A stretch of 64,000 bases of DNA from Candidatus Poribacteria bacterium (GCA_965205015.1 OZ242029.1:4352001-4416000); one strand, 5' to 3'. Positions 41,796-52,623 are shown, counted from the stretch's first letter. Notes: generated by a model not told the origin, from the letters alone. Numbers and translations: made by a program.

Positions 41796-42767
41796 TTGAT
41801 GACGGACGAGCATAAATATGGTATTCAAACCGTTGCTATTCAGACGGGGTTAACACAATTAGTCATTCGGGCATGGGAGAGACGATATAATGTGGTTACA
41901 CCGCTGAGAACGGAAACGAATCGCCGTCTCTATTCCAATTCGGATATATCTCGGCTCACGTTGCTGCGGCTGGCGACTGAGGCGGGGCATGGTATTGGCC
42001 GCATAGCAAACCTGCCGACCGAAGAGATTCTTCAACTCATTGGATCGGAACGGGAGATTGTGCAGCCCTCCGCAAGCGCGACAGAAGCGGGCTCACAAGA
42101 AGCATCCCTTCGTTTTTACATTGCTTCGTGCATCGCAGCGGTTAAGGAGTTTAAGGCACACGCACTTGAGTCGACCCTCTTCGCTGCATCCGTTGCCTTT
42201 AGCCAACCTGTTTTCCTTGAACAGTTGATCTCACCTCTGATGCGAGAAATTGGGGAACAGTGGAGGGCAGGAATTTTGCGGATTGCACACGAACATCTCG
42301 CTACGGCGGTTGTCCGGACACTGTTGGGCAATATTTGCCAAGGCTTTGATACAGCTGCCGCAACGCCAAACTTAGTGATCGCGACACCGCGGGGGCAGCT
42401 CCACGAAATCGGCGCATTAATTGCTGGAACGACCGCAGCCTCGCAAGGGTGGCAAGTTACCTACCTCGGTCCCAACCTGCCAGCTGAAGAAATTATAGGG
42501 TGTGCGGTGCAAAACGGGGCAAAGGCGATTGGGTTGAGTATTATTTACCCCACAGATGACCCACATTTGGCAAATGAATTGCGAAAGCTTCGGCGCGGAA
42601 TCCAAGAGCATGTTGCACTGTTTGTTGGAGGGAGGGGAGCAAGTGCTTACAGTCCTGTCATCAGCTCCATCGGGGCGGTGAGAATCAATGATATGCCGAC
42701 TTTTCGTACCCAACTCGCAGCCTTGCGTGCGCAACAGAACGCGGCGGTAGCGTCGGAGGAATCGTAG
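41796..42767 (+). CDS. carH: MerR-family B12-binding photoregulator (CarH/LitR)
   Basis: MerR HTH (IRAWERRY..RLYS), W-x9-EH motif, QLHEIG, YLGPNLP, VGG; divergent from the crt operon. Confidence 0.85.
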   Translation: MMTDEHKYGIQTVAIQTGLTQLVIRAWERRYNVVTPLRTETNRRLYSNSDISRLTLLRLATEAGHGIGRIANLPTEEILQLIGSEREIVQPSASATEAGSQEASLRFYIASCIAAVKEFKAHALESTLFAASVAFSQPVFLEQLISPLMREIGEQWRAGILRIAHEHLATAVVRTLLGNICQGFDTAAATPNLVIATPRGQLHEIGALIAGTTAASQGWQVTYLGPNLPAEEIIGCAVQNGAKAIGLSIIYPTDDPHLANELRKLRRGIQEHVALFVGGRGASAYSPVISSIGAVRINDMPTFRTQLAALRAQQNAAVASEES

Positions 42768-42922
42768 CGGAGAGACTATCTTGGTTCAAGTTGCCAGTTG
42801 TCGATGTCGGACAAGGTTTGTGTGGTAACAGGAACCACTGCGTTATGCTCGTATCTTTAACCAATAACTGATAACCGAGAGGATTTCACAGAGATCTGTA
42901 CCGAGAACCGTTCTTCCAATAA

Positions 42923-44854
42923 TTATTTCCTTCGGATCGCTCGTCGTAAGGTTCTCATCTGTTCAAGTGTTGCAGGTGAGACCTTTCCATCCTGAGTAAT
43001 CCCCATATTCATCGTAATTACCAACTTCTGGGCAATACAGGTCTGCACATAATCAATAAGCCGCTGAGTGGCAAATAGGGGGGCGGCAATATCGGTGTCT
43101 GGGTATCCATGTTGCCAAGGGTCGTCAAGAAAGATCATACCGTGCGGTTGTAGTCCACTGGCACTGCCATTTTCGGAAAAGAAACTTGCAGGTGGCGTTA
43201 CAAGAGCACCGCCAAACTCGCCACCGTAGTACTCTTGAAATTCAGTCGTTTTAGGGAGAATCCAACTGTTCCAAGCGACAATACGGTCAGGGTTCCCAAC
43301 TTTGGTCGCCTCGTACAGTTCTGCAAACGGTTGAAGTGGATATCGATCGTCGAACCAGTATCCCGCAACCTTTTTGCCGTATCGGTGTCCGATCTCGGTA
43401 AGAATATCGCGTTCAATTCTAAAAAATCTCGACTTATCTGGACTTAAAAACCCTGCCGCTTTCATCCACTCTATATCCCCAACGCCATGATGGAAATAGA
43501 GAATAAGGGGTATATCATATTCTTGCAGTTTGTCAGCCATCTCTCCGATTAGGTCGCGTCTACAGGTGCGTTCCGGCATAACCGCTTCGATCGATTTTAG
43601 CGGAGCTGGGAAGTGCATAATTCCGTGGACAGAAGTGAAAATGACGTAACCCGCACCAGTTTCACGCACCATATCGGCGAAAGCATCGATGTCAAAAGCG
43701 TTCACAGCGTCTGGGTAAGATTTTTGTGGACCACGTAGTGGCTGTGTCGTTGTTGTCCAGTGGAACATCATGCCGTATTTTGCCTTGACGAACCAATCGG
43801 TACTCGCTCGCATCCTTCGAGCCTTCTTCCTTGAGTCAATCATTACCTTTGCCGCGGTGGATGAAATCAGCTCAAGCGAATGAACTTTTATATTCTCAGC
43901 GGAGTTTGCCTCTCCGATGAGACGCAGCTTAATTGTACTTTCACCTTGGGGAATGCGTAATGTCTCCTGAAGCGGTATCCTTTCAAAATTCTGCGAATCT
44001 CCTGCCCATCCGGTTGTTTGGCGGACTGCCCAAGTAATTTGGCTTTGTCCTGCAACAATCTCGAATACCAAGCCTATTGCGTTGACATCGGCAGTATAGG
44101 TTAGCGCAAGTTCATAATCAGAAGGCACCGGGAGTTTCACCTTCCATGAAAGTGAAGCGGATGGTTTGTTCCAACCTTCAATCCAGTCTTGTGCCTGCAA
44201 GTGCGCGAGACCGCCATCTGTCTTGGCGCTATCCCCGAAAAGATAGATAATCGACGAAGGATCTGCTTCAACCAATCGTGGTTTCTTAAGCGTAGCGGGA
44301 TCCGCTTCAATATCAAGAACGACGATGTCATCAACACCGTTTTGGTATTCCTCCGGGACCACGATCAAAAGTCCCCATGGATGCTGTCTCACAATACCCC
44401 ACGAAGCACCATCTGCTGTAGGATGTTCCAGAATCCAGGCGTTCTTCACCACCCGATCAGTGATGGCTGGAAGGGCGATATTGTTCTTTCCATCCCAAGA
44501 AAGCACATGAACATAGATTCTGCCATCCTTGTAGGTTGTGACGTATTGGTCGGTAGGTTCAAATGGACCGCCGCGAGTATCAATGATCGATTCTCCGTTC
44601 TCATCAATCCACTTTTCAATTGCTTCCTCTGCTCCAGAAAATTGGGATTTTTCCTGACTATCCGATAATGGATTGGCATTGATCTCTGAATCGCTGCCCG
44701 CTGCACGCACCAGGTCTACAATCAACGCCTTGGCGGTTCCTTGATTAGGCATAATTTCCTCCTGTGCGTGGACAATAGAGACTACGTAGAGGAGCGCAAG
44801 TAAAATTGTAAAAAACGGACTTAGCATGAAACTTGTCGGGTTTCTCCAAATCAC
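42923..44854 (-). CDS. Secreted GH29/alpha-L-fucosidase-like glycoside hydrolase with CBM-like module
   Basis: WFVKAKYGMMFHW, GAGYVIFTSVH, RDLIGE, YWFDD; N-terminal GESIIDTRGGP and beta-sandwich. Confidence 0.65.
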   Translation of the reverse strand: MIWRNPTSFMLSPFFTILLALLYVVSIVHAQEEIMPNQGTAKALIVDLVRAAGSDSEINANPLSDSQEKSQFSGAEEAIEKWIDENGESIIDTRGGPFEPTDQYVTTYKDGRIYVHVLSWDGKNNIALPAITDRVVKNAWILEHPTADGASWGIVRQHPWGLLIVVPEEYQNGVDDIVVLDIEADPATLKKPRLVEADPSSIIYLFGDSAKTDGGLAHLQAQDWIEGWNKPSASLSWKVKLPVPSDYELALTYTADVNAIGLVFEIVAGQSQITWAVRQTTGWAGDSQNFERIPLQETLRIPQGESTIKLRLIGEANSAENIKVHSLELISSTAAKVMIDSRKKARRMRASTDWFVKAKYGMMFHWTTTTQPLRGPQKSYPDAVNAFDIDAFADMVRETGAGYVIFTSVHGIMHFPAPLKSIEAVMPERTCRRDLIGEMADKLQEYDIPLILYFHHGVGDIEWMKAAGFLSPDKSRFFRIERDILTEIGHRYGKKVAGYWFDDRYPLQPFAELYEATKVGNPDRIVAWNSWILPKTTEFQEYYGGEFGGALVTPPASFFSENGSASGLQPHGMIFLDDPWQHGYPDTDIAAPLFATQRLIDYVQTCIAQKLVITMNMGITQDGKVSPATLEQMRTLRRAIRRK

Positions 44855-44860
44855 TATTTT

Positions 44861-46840
44861 TTAAAACCTCCCAAAAACGCGCACAAAAATTTCCATATAA
44901 TTCTGGTCATTAACATCCCCGATTGCGCGCTGATCTATGTAACGCGCGCCAATATGCAGAAACATACGCTTCTCGTAAGCGACAAAACTCTTTTCCATTT
45001 CAGCCAACAATGCTTGGCGGACAAAGTCATTGTCGTTCTTCAGCATATCATTGAACAGGAGGATTTGACCGCCACCGGTGAGTTTGATGGTTTTCGTGAA
45101 CTGATAAACGACCTTAAGGATAAGTGCCGAAGCCATGTCCCGGACGTTCGCACGTTCAATTTCGCGCAATCGGAATCGACGGGAGACATCCCTACCGTCG
45201 ATTTCCCCAACTAAGGACAGATATTCAAGCCGATCCTCCGCCATTCGGAAGCCGTTGCGAACGGTGGTTTTGAACATCGGACTGATTTCCAGCGACTTGG
45301 AAGGACGCAAACGGTACAGGGATTTGAAGATACCGACCTCGTAATGTTGGTTGTCCTTTTCAAAATCGTAGTCGTATTGAATCTTCGCGCGGGCCGTCGT
45401 GACCATCCGTTCGATGCCCAGGTATTCATACGTGATTTTGGCAGTGTTAATCAAGTCATTCTGCATCAGTAATGGATCTCGGCGCCGTTTTTCGACTTCG
45501 GCACCCCCATCGGTATAGAAGAACTCAACATTACCATTTCTCTCCATTTTACGGACTTCCGGCTGCGCCCGATACAACCCTTCCTCCGTTCCGCTCAGAA
45601 ATCCGGCATAATACCATGTTTCGTCAGGGATCCGGTCTTTTACCAGTTTCAGTTCATTTTCAAAAACGAGTGAAGAAGCCCGAGCAAGTTCTTTGCGATA
45701 AACGAGATTGCCAAACGCTTTCGTTGAGGATGGCGTATTTCTGAGTCTCAGGTTTTCTTCGATCTGTAACCCAAGGTCCAGGTTGACGACGCTTGCCTGC
45801 TGACTTATTTTACGGTTCATGAAAAGCCGGACGCCTTGGAGTCCAACATCGAACTCGTAATTCGGATCCTTATCGTTCTCTTCCTCATCTCGGATGCCGT
45901 TATTGTTCCGATCGCTTTCGTCAAGGAAATCCTCATCGACATCGAAAAGCAAAATGTCATCTTCATAGTCGAAGATGCCGTTGTTATTTTTATCGAGGTC
46001 TCCGGGAATAATTAGGGAAGGAGGATCGAGCGGTGTGTTATCGGAGTAGCGGTCCTGGTCATCGTTATCGCCGACGGAACGGGAGGCATCGAATCTCGGA
46101 CCGACGCGATACGCTTCCGCCTGAAAAATCGTATCCCCAACGGTTTGGAATGCTTTGAGAACTGTTGTCGTCGCATCGAAACGTGAACGTAAGTTTTTCT
46201 GCAGCGCACTCTTCGGTGTAACAGCCAACTCTGCTTTTACACCGTAGTTGGTGAAATTGGTTTCCAGGTCTACTGCCCATACGGGTGTCTCACGGAAGTA
46301 CCAAGAGAGCCCTAATTGGGATCTACCGAACTTTGTGACTTCACGTAAGCCGATACCAGATTTTTGTCCTCTTCCCTCACGTCCGTTCAGGCGGTTGAGC
46401 AAACCGGGCACCATTAGGATTGTCCAATCGGTGCGATTGGAACGGACCTCCCAACGGACACCGCTTAAGTCGATCTGGTCGAAGGTGAATTTTGTGAAGG
46501 TTGTCGGAACCTCTCCGAGACTCAAGATGTTTTTGACGCTACCAGCGGTCTCCTCAATCACCATGACACTATGGAAGCCGCGCCGAAAGAGTCGATCAAA
46601 ATCAAAACTGTCTTGCCTAACACGTTCCTCCTCCGTATCCGCGAGGAAGTTTCGCCTGTTTGTGAAATCGTATTCGACACGTCCGGATAGGAACAGCTTA
46701 CCGAATAGACTGTACGCATCCTCAGCCTCAGCGCGAAATGCGAGAGAGCAGCAGAGCAAGACCTTCAACAGCAAAAGCAGACTTTTAACAGGAAGACGGG
46801 CACGGATCCAGGACTTTCGGTTGTCTATATTTATTTCCAT
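44861..46840 (-). CDS. Hypothetical outer-membrane protein with Ca-binding DxNxNG loops
   Basis: Signal peptide, DLDKNNNGIFD and DRNNNGIRD, alternating beta-strands, terminal Phe. Confidence 0.6.
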   Translation of the reverse strand: MEINIDNRKSWIRARLPVKSLLLLLKVLLCCSLAFRAEAEDAYSLFGKLFLSGRVEYDFTNRRNFLADTEEERVRQDSFDFDRLFRRGFHSVMVIEETAGSVKNILSLGEVPTTFTKFTFDQIDLSGVRWEVRSNRTDWTILMVPGLLNRLNGREGRGQKSGIGLREVTKFGRSQLGLSWYFRETPVWAVDLETNFTNYGVKAELAVTPKSALQKNLRSRFDATTTVLKAFQTVGDTIFQAEAYRVGPRFDASRSVGDNDDQDRYSDNTPLDPPSLIIPGDLDKNNNGIFDYEDDILLFDVDEDFLDESDRNNNGIRDEEENDKDPNYEFDVGLQGVRLFMNRKISQQASVVNLDLGLQIEENLRLRNTPSSTKAFGNLVYRKELARASSLVFENELKLVKDRIPDETWYYAGFLSGTEEGLYRAQPEVRKMERNGNVEFFYTDGGAEVEKRRRDPLLMQNDLINTAKITYEYLGIERMVTTARAKIQYDYDFEKDNQHYEVGIFKSLYRLRPSKSLEISPMFKTTVRNGFRMAEDRLEYLSLVGEIDGRDVSRRFRLREIERANVRDMASALILKVVYQFTKTIKLTGGGQILLFNDMLKNDNDFVRQALLAEMEKSFVAYEKRMFLHIGARYIDQRAIGDVNDQNYMEIFVRVFGRF

Positions 46841-46875
46841 ATTTTATCGGTTATCGATCAACTGACAACCATTCC

Positions 46876-49800
46876 TCACCTCAAAATATCCTCGGGTCCG
46901 TAAGACTCTGTGAAGGTTGTCCAGATTTCTGTGCGTTTATCGAAACGGCTCAATCCACGATAGGTCCCAAACCAGACATAGGGACTATCTACAGCCATGG
47001 AAAGGATACCGTTATGCGCCAAACCATCCTCTCGCGTGTAAGTCGTCCAGCTATTCGTGAACTGGTCAAATCGACTGACCCCTGCATTGTAGGTGCCAAT
47101 CCAAACTTCAGCGCCATCAACACCGATAGAGGTAACTTTGTTGCTGGCAAGTCCATCTTCTGTCGTATAGTCAGCCCAAACCTCTGTCTTTTCGTTATAG
47201 AGTGTCACACCGCGATCGCTGCCAAACCAGACGTTGTCGCCATCAATCACGATACAACTCACTTCATCACTCGCGAGTCCATCTTCTACTGTAATTGTCT
47301 TCCAGATATCCCGACCGATATCATATTGACTGACCCCTCTGCGTGTCCCGACCCAGACGTGTTTCTTGCTCGCCGTGATACACCAAATTTGATCGGTAAC
47401 CAACGATTCTGCGAACTCCTTGGATACAGCGGACGGTTGTATCTCGGTTCCCGACGTGTAAGTAATCCAAGCATTGCGATCATCCGCTGTGCGGGGATAC
47501 TTTCCGATCCCAGAGTTCGTCCCAACCCAGATGCTATCGACATCGCTGCTGACAGAAGTTACATTATTGGCAGGCAATCCATGCTCAGTTTTGTACTGAT
47601 CCCACCGCAGGGCTATCTTATCAAAGCGATTCGCCCCGTCGCGTGTCCCGACCCAGACGTATTGGTCATCGACCATAATAGAACTCACAACGTCATCGGA
47701 GAGGCAGTCTTTCTTTTTTCTTCTATGCCGATGCCAATGGCCCCCGTGGGTTTCTATGTTTTCGGAGCCGCCCTCCTGTTGATAATTCTTCCAGATACCT
47801 AAAACCTTATCGTAGCGGGACATCCCTTCGTCAGTACCGACCCAGACGAAACGTTCATCTGCGTCTACCGTCCGAATGGTGCGTCCAACGAGGGTGGGAA
47901 GTGCGGTCAAAGGGGTCCAAGATTCCTTCCGCTTGTCGTAACGGGAAAGCCCGCGCAAGGTGCCTACCCATACATAGTCCTCGTCCACTGCAAGCCCATA
48001 CTCGCCGACATGGTTATGGAGCAATCCTTTGATATCTCTAAACCTTGCCCAAGTACCGGAGGCAAAATGAAATCGTCGAAGCCCATCGTTGGGGGCAGCT
48101 AACCACAGATAATCGTCATCGGCTGCCAGTTCGAGCGTTCCGCGTCCCGATCTGATTGTCGTCCACTCCTTTGTACGCCGATCGTATCGGGTGACACCGG
48201 CGTCATCCCAGGGTCTATAGAGTATCCAGATATCGTTCTCTGTTGAGATAATGCGTCTAATGGTATTCGCAGCGAGGACATCGTTCGTTGAAAACGTCGT
48301 CCACTTTTTTGTCTTCTTATCGTATCGGGACAACGGACGGTTGCTGCCTCGGTCCCATTCCGAACGCGCAACCCAGATAAAATCGTTATCCACAGTAATC
48401 CATTCACCGCCTCTACCTGCCAGACCATCCCTTGGTCCGAAATCCTTCCATTCACCCGTAATTTCATTGTAACGCGTGAGTCCACGCCCAGATGAAAACC
48501 AGACATTCGGTCCATCAACTCCAAGTGCCTTTACACGCTCAATCTCGCGGTGATCTTTCTGTTCAACGATTTCCCATGTTCCCGTCGCTTTACTATAATG
48601 GTTTAATTCCAAACCTATCATCGGAATGACCCAGACGCTCTGCTCACTGATATCAATTCTATTCACATCGTTTGTAGAGAGTCCATCTTCCGTCGTAAAA
48701 TGCTGCCACGTATCCGCTATTTTATCGTAACGGAGAACACCGTAGTCCGTAGTGAACCAAACGGCATCAGTATCGACATAGGTCCAACGGATAAAGGTCA
48801 TAGATCTTTTCTGAGTGGACTGCAGAATATCTAAACGTGTGAAACGCCGCCATGTTGCTGTTGGACGATGAAACCGTACAATACTACCGTTCGGCGAAGA
48901 TCTCCAGTTAGTGAACCAAATGTAGTCGCCATCAAATTGGATGTGTGAGATTTTGGTTTCAAGAAATGGCTCCCGCACTGGACGAGATTGATGTAGGGCC
49001 TCTCTTCCACTTTGTGTGTCATATTCAACCAGTCCTGTATCTGTCGCCAACCAAAGTGTACCATCTGCGTCACACAGGATGTCGCGAATGTTATACGGCA
49101 CATTTGAGAGCGAATTCCAAGAATCGGAAGCGATCGTGTAACTTCCCAGACCTCGTGGTGTGCCGATCCAGAGTACACCATCTTGAAAGGCGAGTGCAGT
49201 AACATTAGGCGACGGCAATTGGTCATTAAAGGATAGCGGGATCCAACGCTGACGGGTCTTGTCATATTTTGCGACACCTCGGTGTGTGCCTGCCCAAAGT
49301 GTCTGTTCTGTGGCAAGCAGCACATTAACGTACGGATTCGGAAGCCCATCGGCAACACGGTGCATCTGCTTATCGGCGATTGCGTATTGCCAAACACCTT
49401 CCGCACCACCAAACCAGACTTTCTCATCGTGAGCAAGCACTGATAATATGAGCGGATTTTTCGGCGTGTCTGGGAATGTCAGTTGTGTCCATTCCTGAGA
49501 TGTTGTATCGTACACCGCGGGACCGAAACTTGTACCAACCCAGACCCGGTGATCCTGCGAGACAGTCCCCGTATCCACAGATGTCACAAAAGCTTCGCCT
49601 TGCGTCTGTGTTCGAGATGGGACATGGAATGTCCACTCTTCATCTAAATATGCTCGCGTGCCAAGCCCTCGATCGCTTCCAATCCAAATGGCTTTCGGCT
49701 GTCGGCTCTCGGCTGTCGGTAAAGCGGTTCCTGATACCCCTACCCCTTCTTGCTGATCGCTGACCGCTGACTGCTGACTGCTATTCGGCTGATGGCTAAT

Positions 49801-51162
49801 ATGGATTGACGTGACATAGGGAGTCGGCAGACCATCTTCCTTGGAAATGATTTCCCAGTTGCGCGTTTTAGGGGAGTAAATCGAAATTCCTGCGACCGTT
49901 GCCGTCCAAATGTTTCCATCGGGATCACGCGTTACATAACGGACATCGTTATCCGCGAGAAAATCGGCTTGTTTGTAAATTGTCCACTCGCCACTTATTT
50001 TATCAAATCGGCTCACACCATCCTCTTTGCTCGCAAACCAGACATCATTGCCTTGTGTCGTAATCCAACTCACATGATTACTCGCCAATCCATCTGCTTT
50101 GGTGTAATGCACCCACGTATTGACAGGCTTAATGAATCGATGTACACCCGCATTGGCAGTTCCAAACCAGACTTGGAATCCATCTGCGCGGACACAGGTA
50201 ATCATATTGCTTTTCAGTAAATCTGTTTTCGTGTATGTTTTGATGAACGTCTGGTCAACTTGGTTGTACTGACTGACACCCTCTTTCTGAGTACCAAACC
50301 AAACGCTGTCATCGTCCACCGCAATCGTAGCGATCTCACTATCTATTAAGCCATCGGATTTCGTATAGTTATTCCAAGAATCGGTATCTCGATGGTAGCG
50401 ACTTACCCCGCCCCTACTGAACCTCGGATCCTCGTCCCATCCATGCGGATCTGGATTTATTTCTCTGTCGGTGCCGACCCAGACGTACTCTGGCTCGACT
50501 GCGATGGTTGTAATGACTTTGCTAACCAAACCATCTTTCCGAGTGCGCACCGCCCAACTGTCAATCGTTTTGTCATAACGATTCAATCCTTCGGATGTCC
50601 CAAACCAGACGTAGTTCCCATCCACCGCAATCGAGGAGACTTGGTCACTGGCTAATCCGTCAATGGTTCGGAAGGTCGTAAAGGTGTCTGTTTGCATATC
50701 GTAGCGACTTACGCCTTCATCTGTGGCGAACCAGACCCATTGTCCATCCACCGCAACGGCATTTACCATATCGTTCGATAACCCGTCTTCCATTGTATAG
50801 TGGGACCACTTATCCTGCTGGCGGTCCCAGCGAGAGACCCCCCGCGCCGTCGCAATCCATATATTATCTAAGTCTGCAGCAATACAATTAACTTCGTTGC
50901 TAACGAGTGTCCGCTCCACGGGCCATGTCTTTTCAGACACCGTATCTGTTTTGGAACCATCATAGGGAAGTCCAGATTGCGGATCGGTGGTTACCAATGG
51001 ACCGCACCCAACACTCATAAAGAAGGAGACCAATAATAAGACACATGCCATTGAAGCTGCGCACACAGGTCGGCATTTGCGTTCAGTAATCCACTGTTGG
51101 GAATCGGAGTTCCCTCCTACATCTGTTTGTTTCATCATTTCCACCGTCTCCCTTTCACCCAA
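46876..51162 (-). CDS. Large multi-beta-propeller lipoprotein (Reg_prop-like repeats)
   Basis: Dozens of YTxxDGLxSNxVxxIxVDGxxVWFGTxxGVSRYD repeats; lipobox SVGC; start uncertain. Confidence 0.8.
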   Translation of the reverse strand: MGERETVEMMKQTDVGGNSDSQQWITERKCRPVCAASMACVLLLVSFFMSVGCGPLVTTDPQSGLPYDGSKTDTVSEKTWPVERTLVSNEVNCIAADLDNIWIATARGVSRWDRQQDKWSHYTMEDGLSNDMVNAVAVDGQWVWFATDEGVSRYDMQTDTFTTFRTIDGLASDQVSSIAVDGNYVWFGTSEGLNRYDKTIDSWAVRTRKDGLVSKVITTIAVEPEYVWVGTDREINPDPHGWDEDPRFSRGGVSRYHRDTDSWNNYTKSDGLIDSEIATIAVDDDSVWFGTQKEGVSQYNQVDQTFIKTYTKTDLLKSNMITCVRADGFQVWFGTANAGVHRFIKPVNTWVHYTKADGLASNHVSWITTQGNDVWFASKEDGVSRFDKISGEWTIYKQADFLADNDVRYVTRDPDGNIWTATVAGISIYSPKTRNWEIISKEDGLPTPYVTSIHISHQPNSSQQSAVSDQQEGVGVSGTALPTAESRQPKAIWIGSDRGLGTRAYLDEEWTFHVPSRTQTQGEAFVTSVDTGTVSQDHRVWVGTSFGPAVYDTTSQEWTQLTFPDTPKNPLILSVLAHDEKVWFGGAEGVWQYAIADKQMHRVADGLPNPYVNVLLATEQTLWAGTHRGVAKYDKTRQRWIPLSFNDQLPSPNVTALAFQDGVLWIGTPRGLGSYTIASDSWNSLSNVPYNIRDILCDADGTLWLATDTGLVEYDTQSGREALHQSRPVREPFLETKISHIQFDGDYIWFTNWRSSPNGSIVRFHRPTATWRRFTRLDILQSTQKRSMTFIRWTYVDTDAVWFTTDYGVLRYDKIADTWQHFTTEDGLSTNDVNRIDISEQSVWVIPMIGLELNHYSKATGTWEIVEQKDHREIERVKALGVDGPNVWFSSGRGLTRYNEITGEWKDFGPRDGLAGRGGEWITVDNDFIWVARSEWDRGSNRPLSRYDKKTKKWTTFSTNDVLAANTIRRIISTENDIWILYRPWDDAGVTRYDRRTKEWTTIRSGRGTLELAADDDYLWLAAPNDGLRRFHFASGTWARFRDIKGLLHNHVGEYGLAVDEDYVWVGTLRGLSRYDKRKESWTPLTALPTLVGRTIRTVDADERFVWVGTDEGMSRYDKVLGIWKNYQQEGGSENIETHGGHWHRHRRKKKDCLSDDVVSSIMVDDQYVWVGTRDGANRFDKIALRWDQYKTEHGLPANNVTSVSSDVDSIWVGTNSGIGKYPRTADDRNAWITYTSGTEIQPSAVSKEFAESLVTDQIWCITASKKHVWVGTRRGVSQYDIGRDIWKTITVEDGLASDEVSCIVIDGDNVWFGSDRGVTLYNEKTEVWADYTTEDGLASNKVTSIGVDGAEVWIGTYNAGVSRFDQFTNSWTTYTREDGLAHNGILSMAVDSPYVWFGTYRGLSRFDKRTEIWTTFTESYGPEDILR

Positions 51163-51556
51163 GTGTGAGTCTCACAATTTCAAGATTGTTTTCGCCAGTT
51201 TGCATTTATTATGCCATTAAAATACTACATAAGCAAGAAAAGCGTAATTGCAGGCGGGTTCATTTAGCTGGTAACATGCGATTCAACGATTACCGATTCT
51301 CTCACAAAAAATCATCACGAGTACCTATAACTGTGTGACGTATATCATCGGAGCATCCCTTAAAAAAGTTTTAATGGTTTTCAGTAACAAGAGGTTTCTG
51401 ATGAACTGAATATCTCGTGTTACTGACGACCAGCAACTGAAACTGACACCTATTCTTCAAAAAGTCTTTGACAAAAATCCTTTGATGTTTTACAGTGTAA
51501 ATAAGAAATCAAGGGATCAATCCACTGACTTGATTATAGAGATGGAGATATTCATA

Positions 51557-52582
51557 ATGCCTTATGGAGACAACGACTGGCTCGCTTTAACCGAAGAACC
51601 GACACTGGAACCAGAGTTACCTATCTGCGACCCGCACCATCATTTTTGGGATTTCCGAACCGAGCGTATCCCTTACCAACGGTATCTGCTCCACGAGTTG
51701 ATTGCAGATATTAATAGTGGACACAACGTGCGTTCTACTGTGTTTGTTGAGGCGAGAGCGATGTACCGAGCCGATGGACCGGAGGAGATGCGTCCTGTCG
51801 GTGAAGTCGAATTTGTGCAAGGTCTCGCAGCTGCGAGCGCGAGTGGTTTATATGGCGAAAGTCGTGCCGCCGCTGCAATCGTCGGACACGCCAACCTAAA
51901 TTTGGGTGAACGCGTTGAGCCGGTCTTGGAAGCCTTGCAGGCAGCGAGCCCAAATCGGTTTCGGGGTATCCGTCATTCTGTCACTTGGGATCCGCACCCT
52001 GAAATAGCAGGCGCTTCCGCTTACAGAATAGAAGGGCAACTGGCGCGTGAGGACTTTCGTGCGGGTGCGCGGGTGTTGGCAAGCATGGGGATGTCTTTCG
52101 AGGCATGGATGTACGCGCCACAACTCTCGGAACTCGCTGATTTCGCGAGAGCGGTTCCCGATCTGACAATTATCTCAAATCATATTGGCGGTCTGCTGCG
52201 GGACGGTCCTTATGGTGGCAGAGATGACGAAGTGCTGGCAAACTGGCGGAGCGGTATCGCTGCTATAGCCGCTTGTCCGAACGTTCACATGAAACTCGGC
52301 GGTATTGGAATGCCACGCACCGGCTTCGATTGGCACGAACGGGAACAGCCGATCGGTTCTGAAGAGTTAGCCGAGTCTATGGCACCCTTCATGAATTACT
52401 GCATAGAACAGTTCGGTCCGGAGCGGTGCATGTTTGAAAGCAACTTCCCCGTCGACAAGGTCTCGTTCTCCTACCACGTGATGTACAATGCGTTCAAACG
52501 GTTGTCATCTGGCTACTCGGACACCGAACGCGCACTGCTATTTCACGATACCGCCGCTCGTGTGTATCGGATAGATGTCTGA
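51557..52582 (+). CDS. Amidohydrolase_2 family (lactonase-like)
   Basis: ICDPHHH, FRGIRH, NHIGG, MKLGG, CMFESNFPVD. Confidence 0.85.
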   Translation: MPYGDNDWLALTEEPTLEPELPICDPHHHFWDFRTERIPYQRYLLHELIADINSGHNVRSTVFVEARAMYRADGPEEMRPVGEVEFVQGLAAASASGLYGESRAAAAIVGHANLNLGERVEPVLEALQAASPNRFRGIRHSVTWDPHPEIAGASAYRIEGQLAREDFRAGARVLASMGMSFEAWMYAPQLSELADFARAVPDLTIISNHIGGLLRDGPYGGRDDEVLANWRSGIAAIAACPNVHMKLGGIGMPRTGFDWHEREQPIGSEELAESMAPFMNYCIEQFGPERCMFESNFPVDKVSFSYHVMYNAFKRLSSGYSDTERALLFHDTAARVYRIDV

Positions 52583-52598
52583 GGTTATGGGCAAGAGT

Positions 52599-52623
52599 GG
52601 GCAGGCACAAGACCTGCCCCTAC
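52599..52623. repeat. GTAG-family REP
   Basis: GGGCAGGCACAAGACCTGCCCCTAC, same as the unit downstream of groEL. Confidence 0.75.

Noticed and set aside
47014-47802. 262-aa plus-strand ORF and similar long antisense ORFs (46248-46865, 54991-55560, 16230-16712)
   Set aside because: Shadows of well-supported genes on the opposite strand
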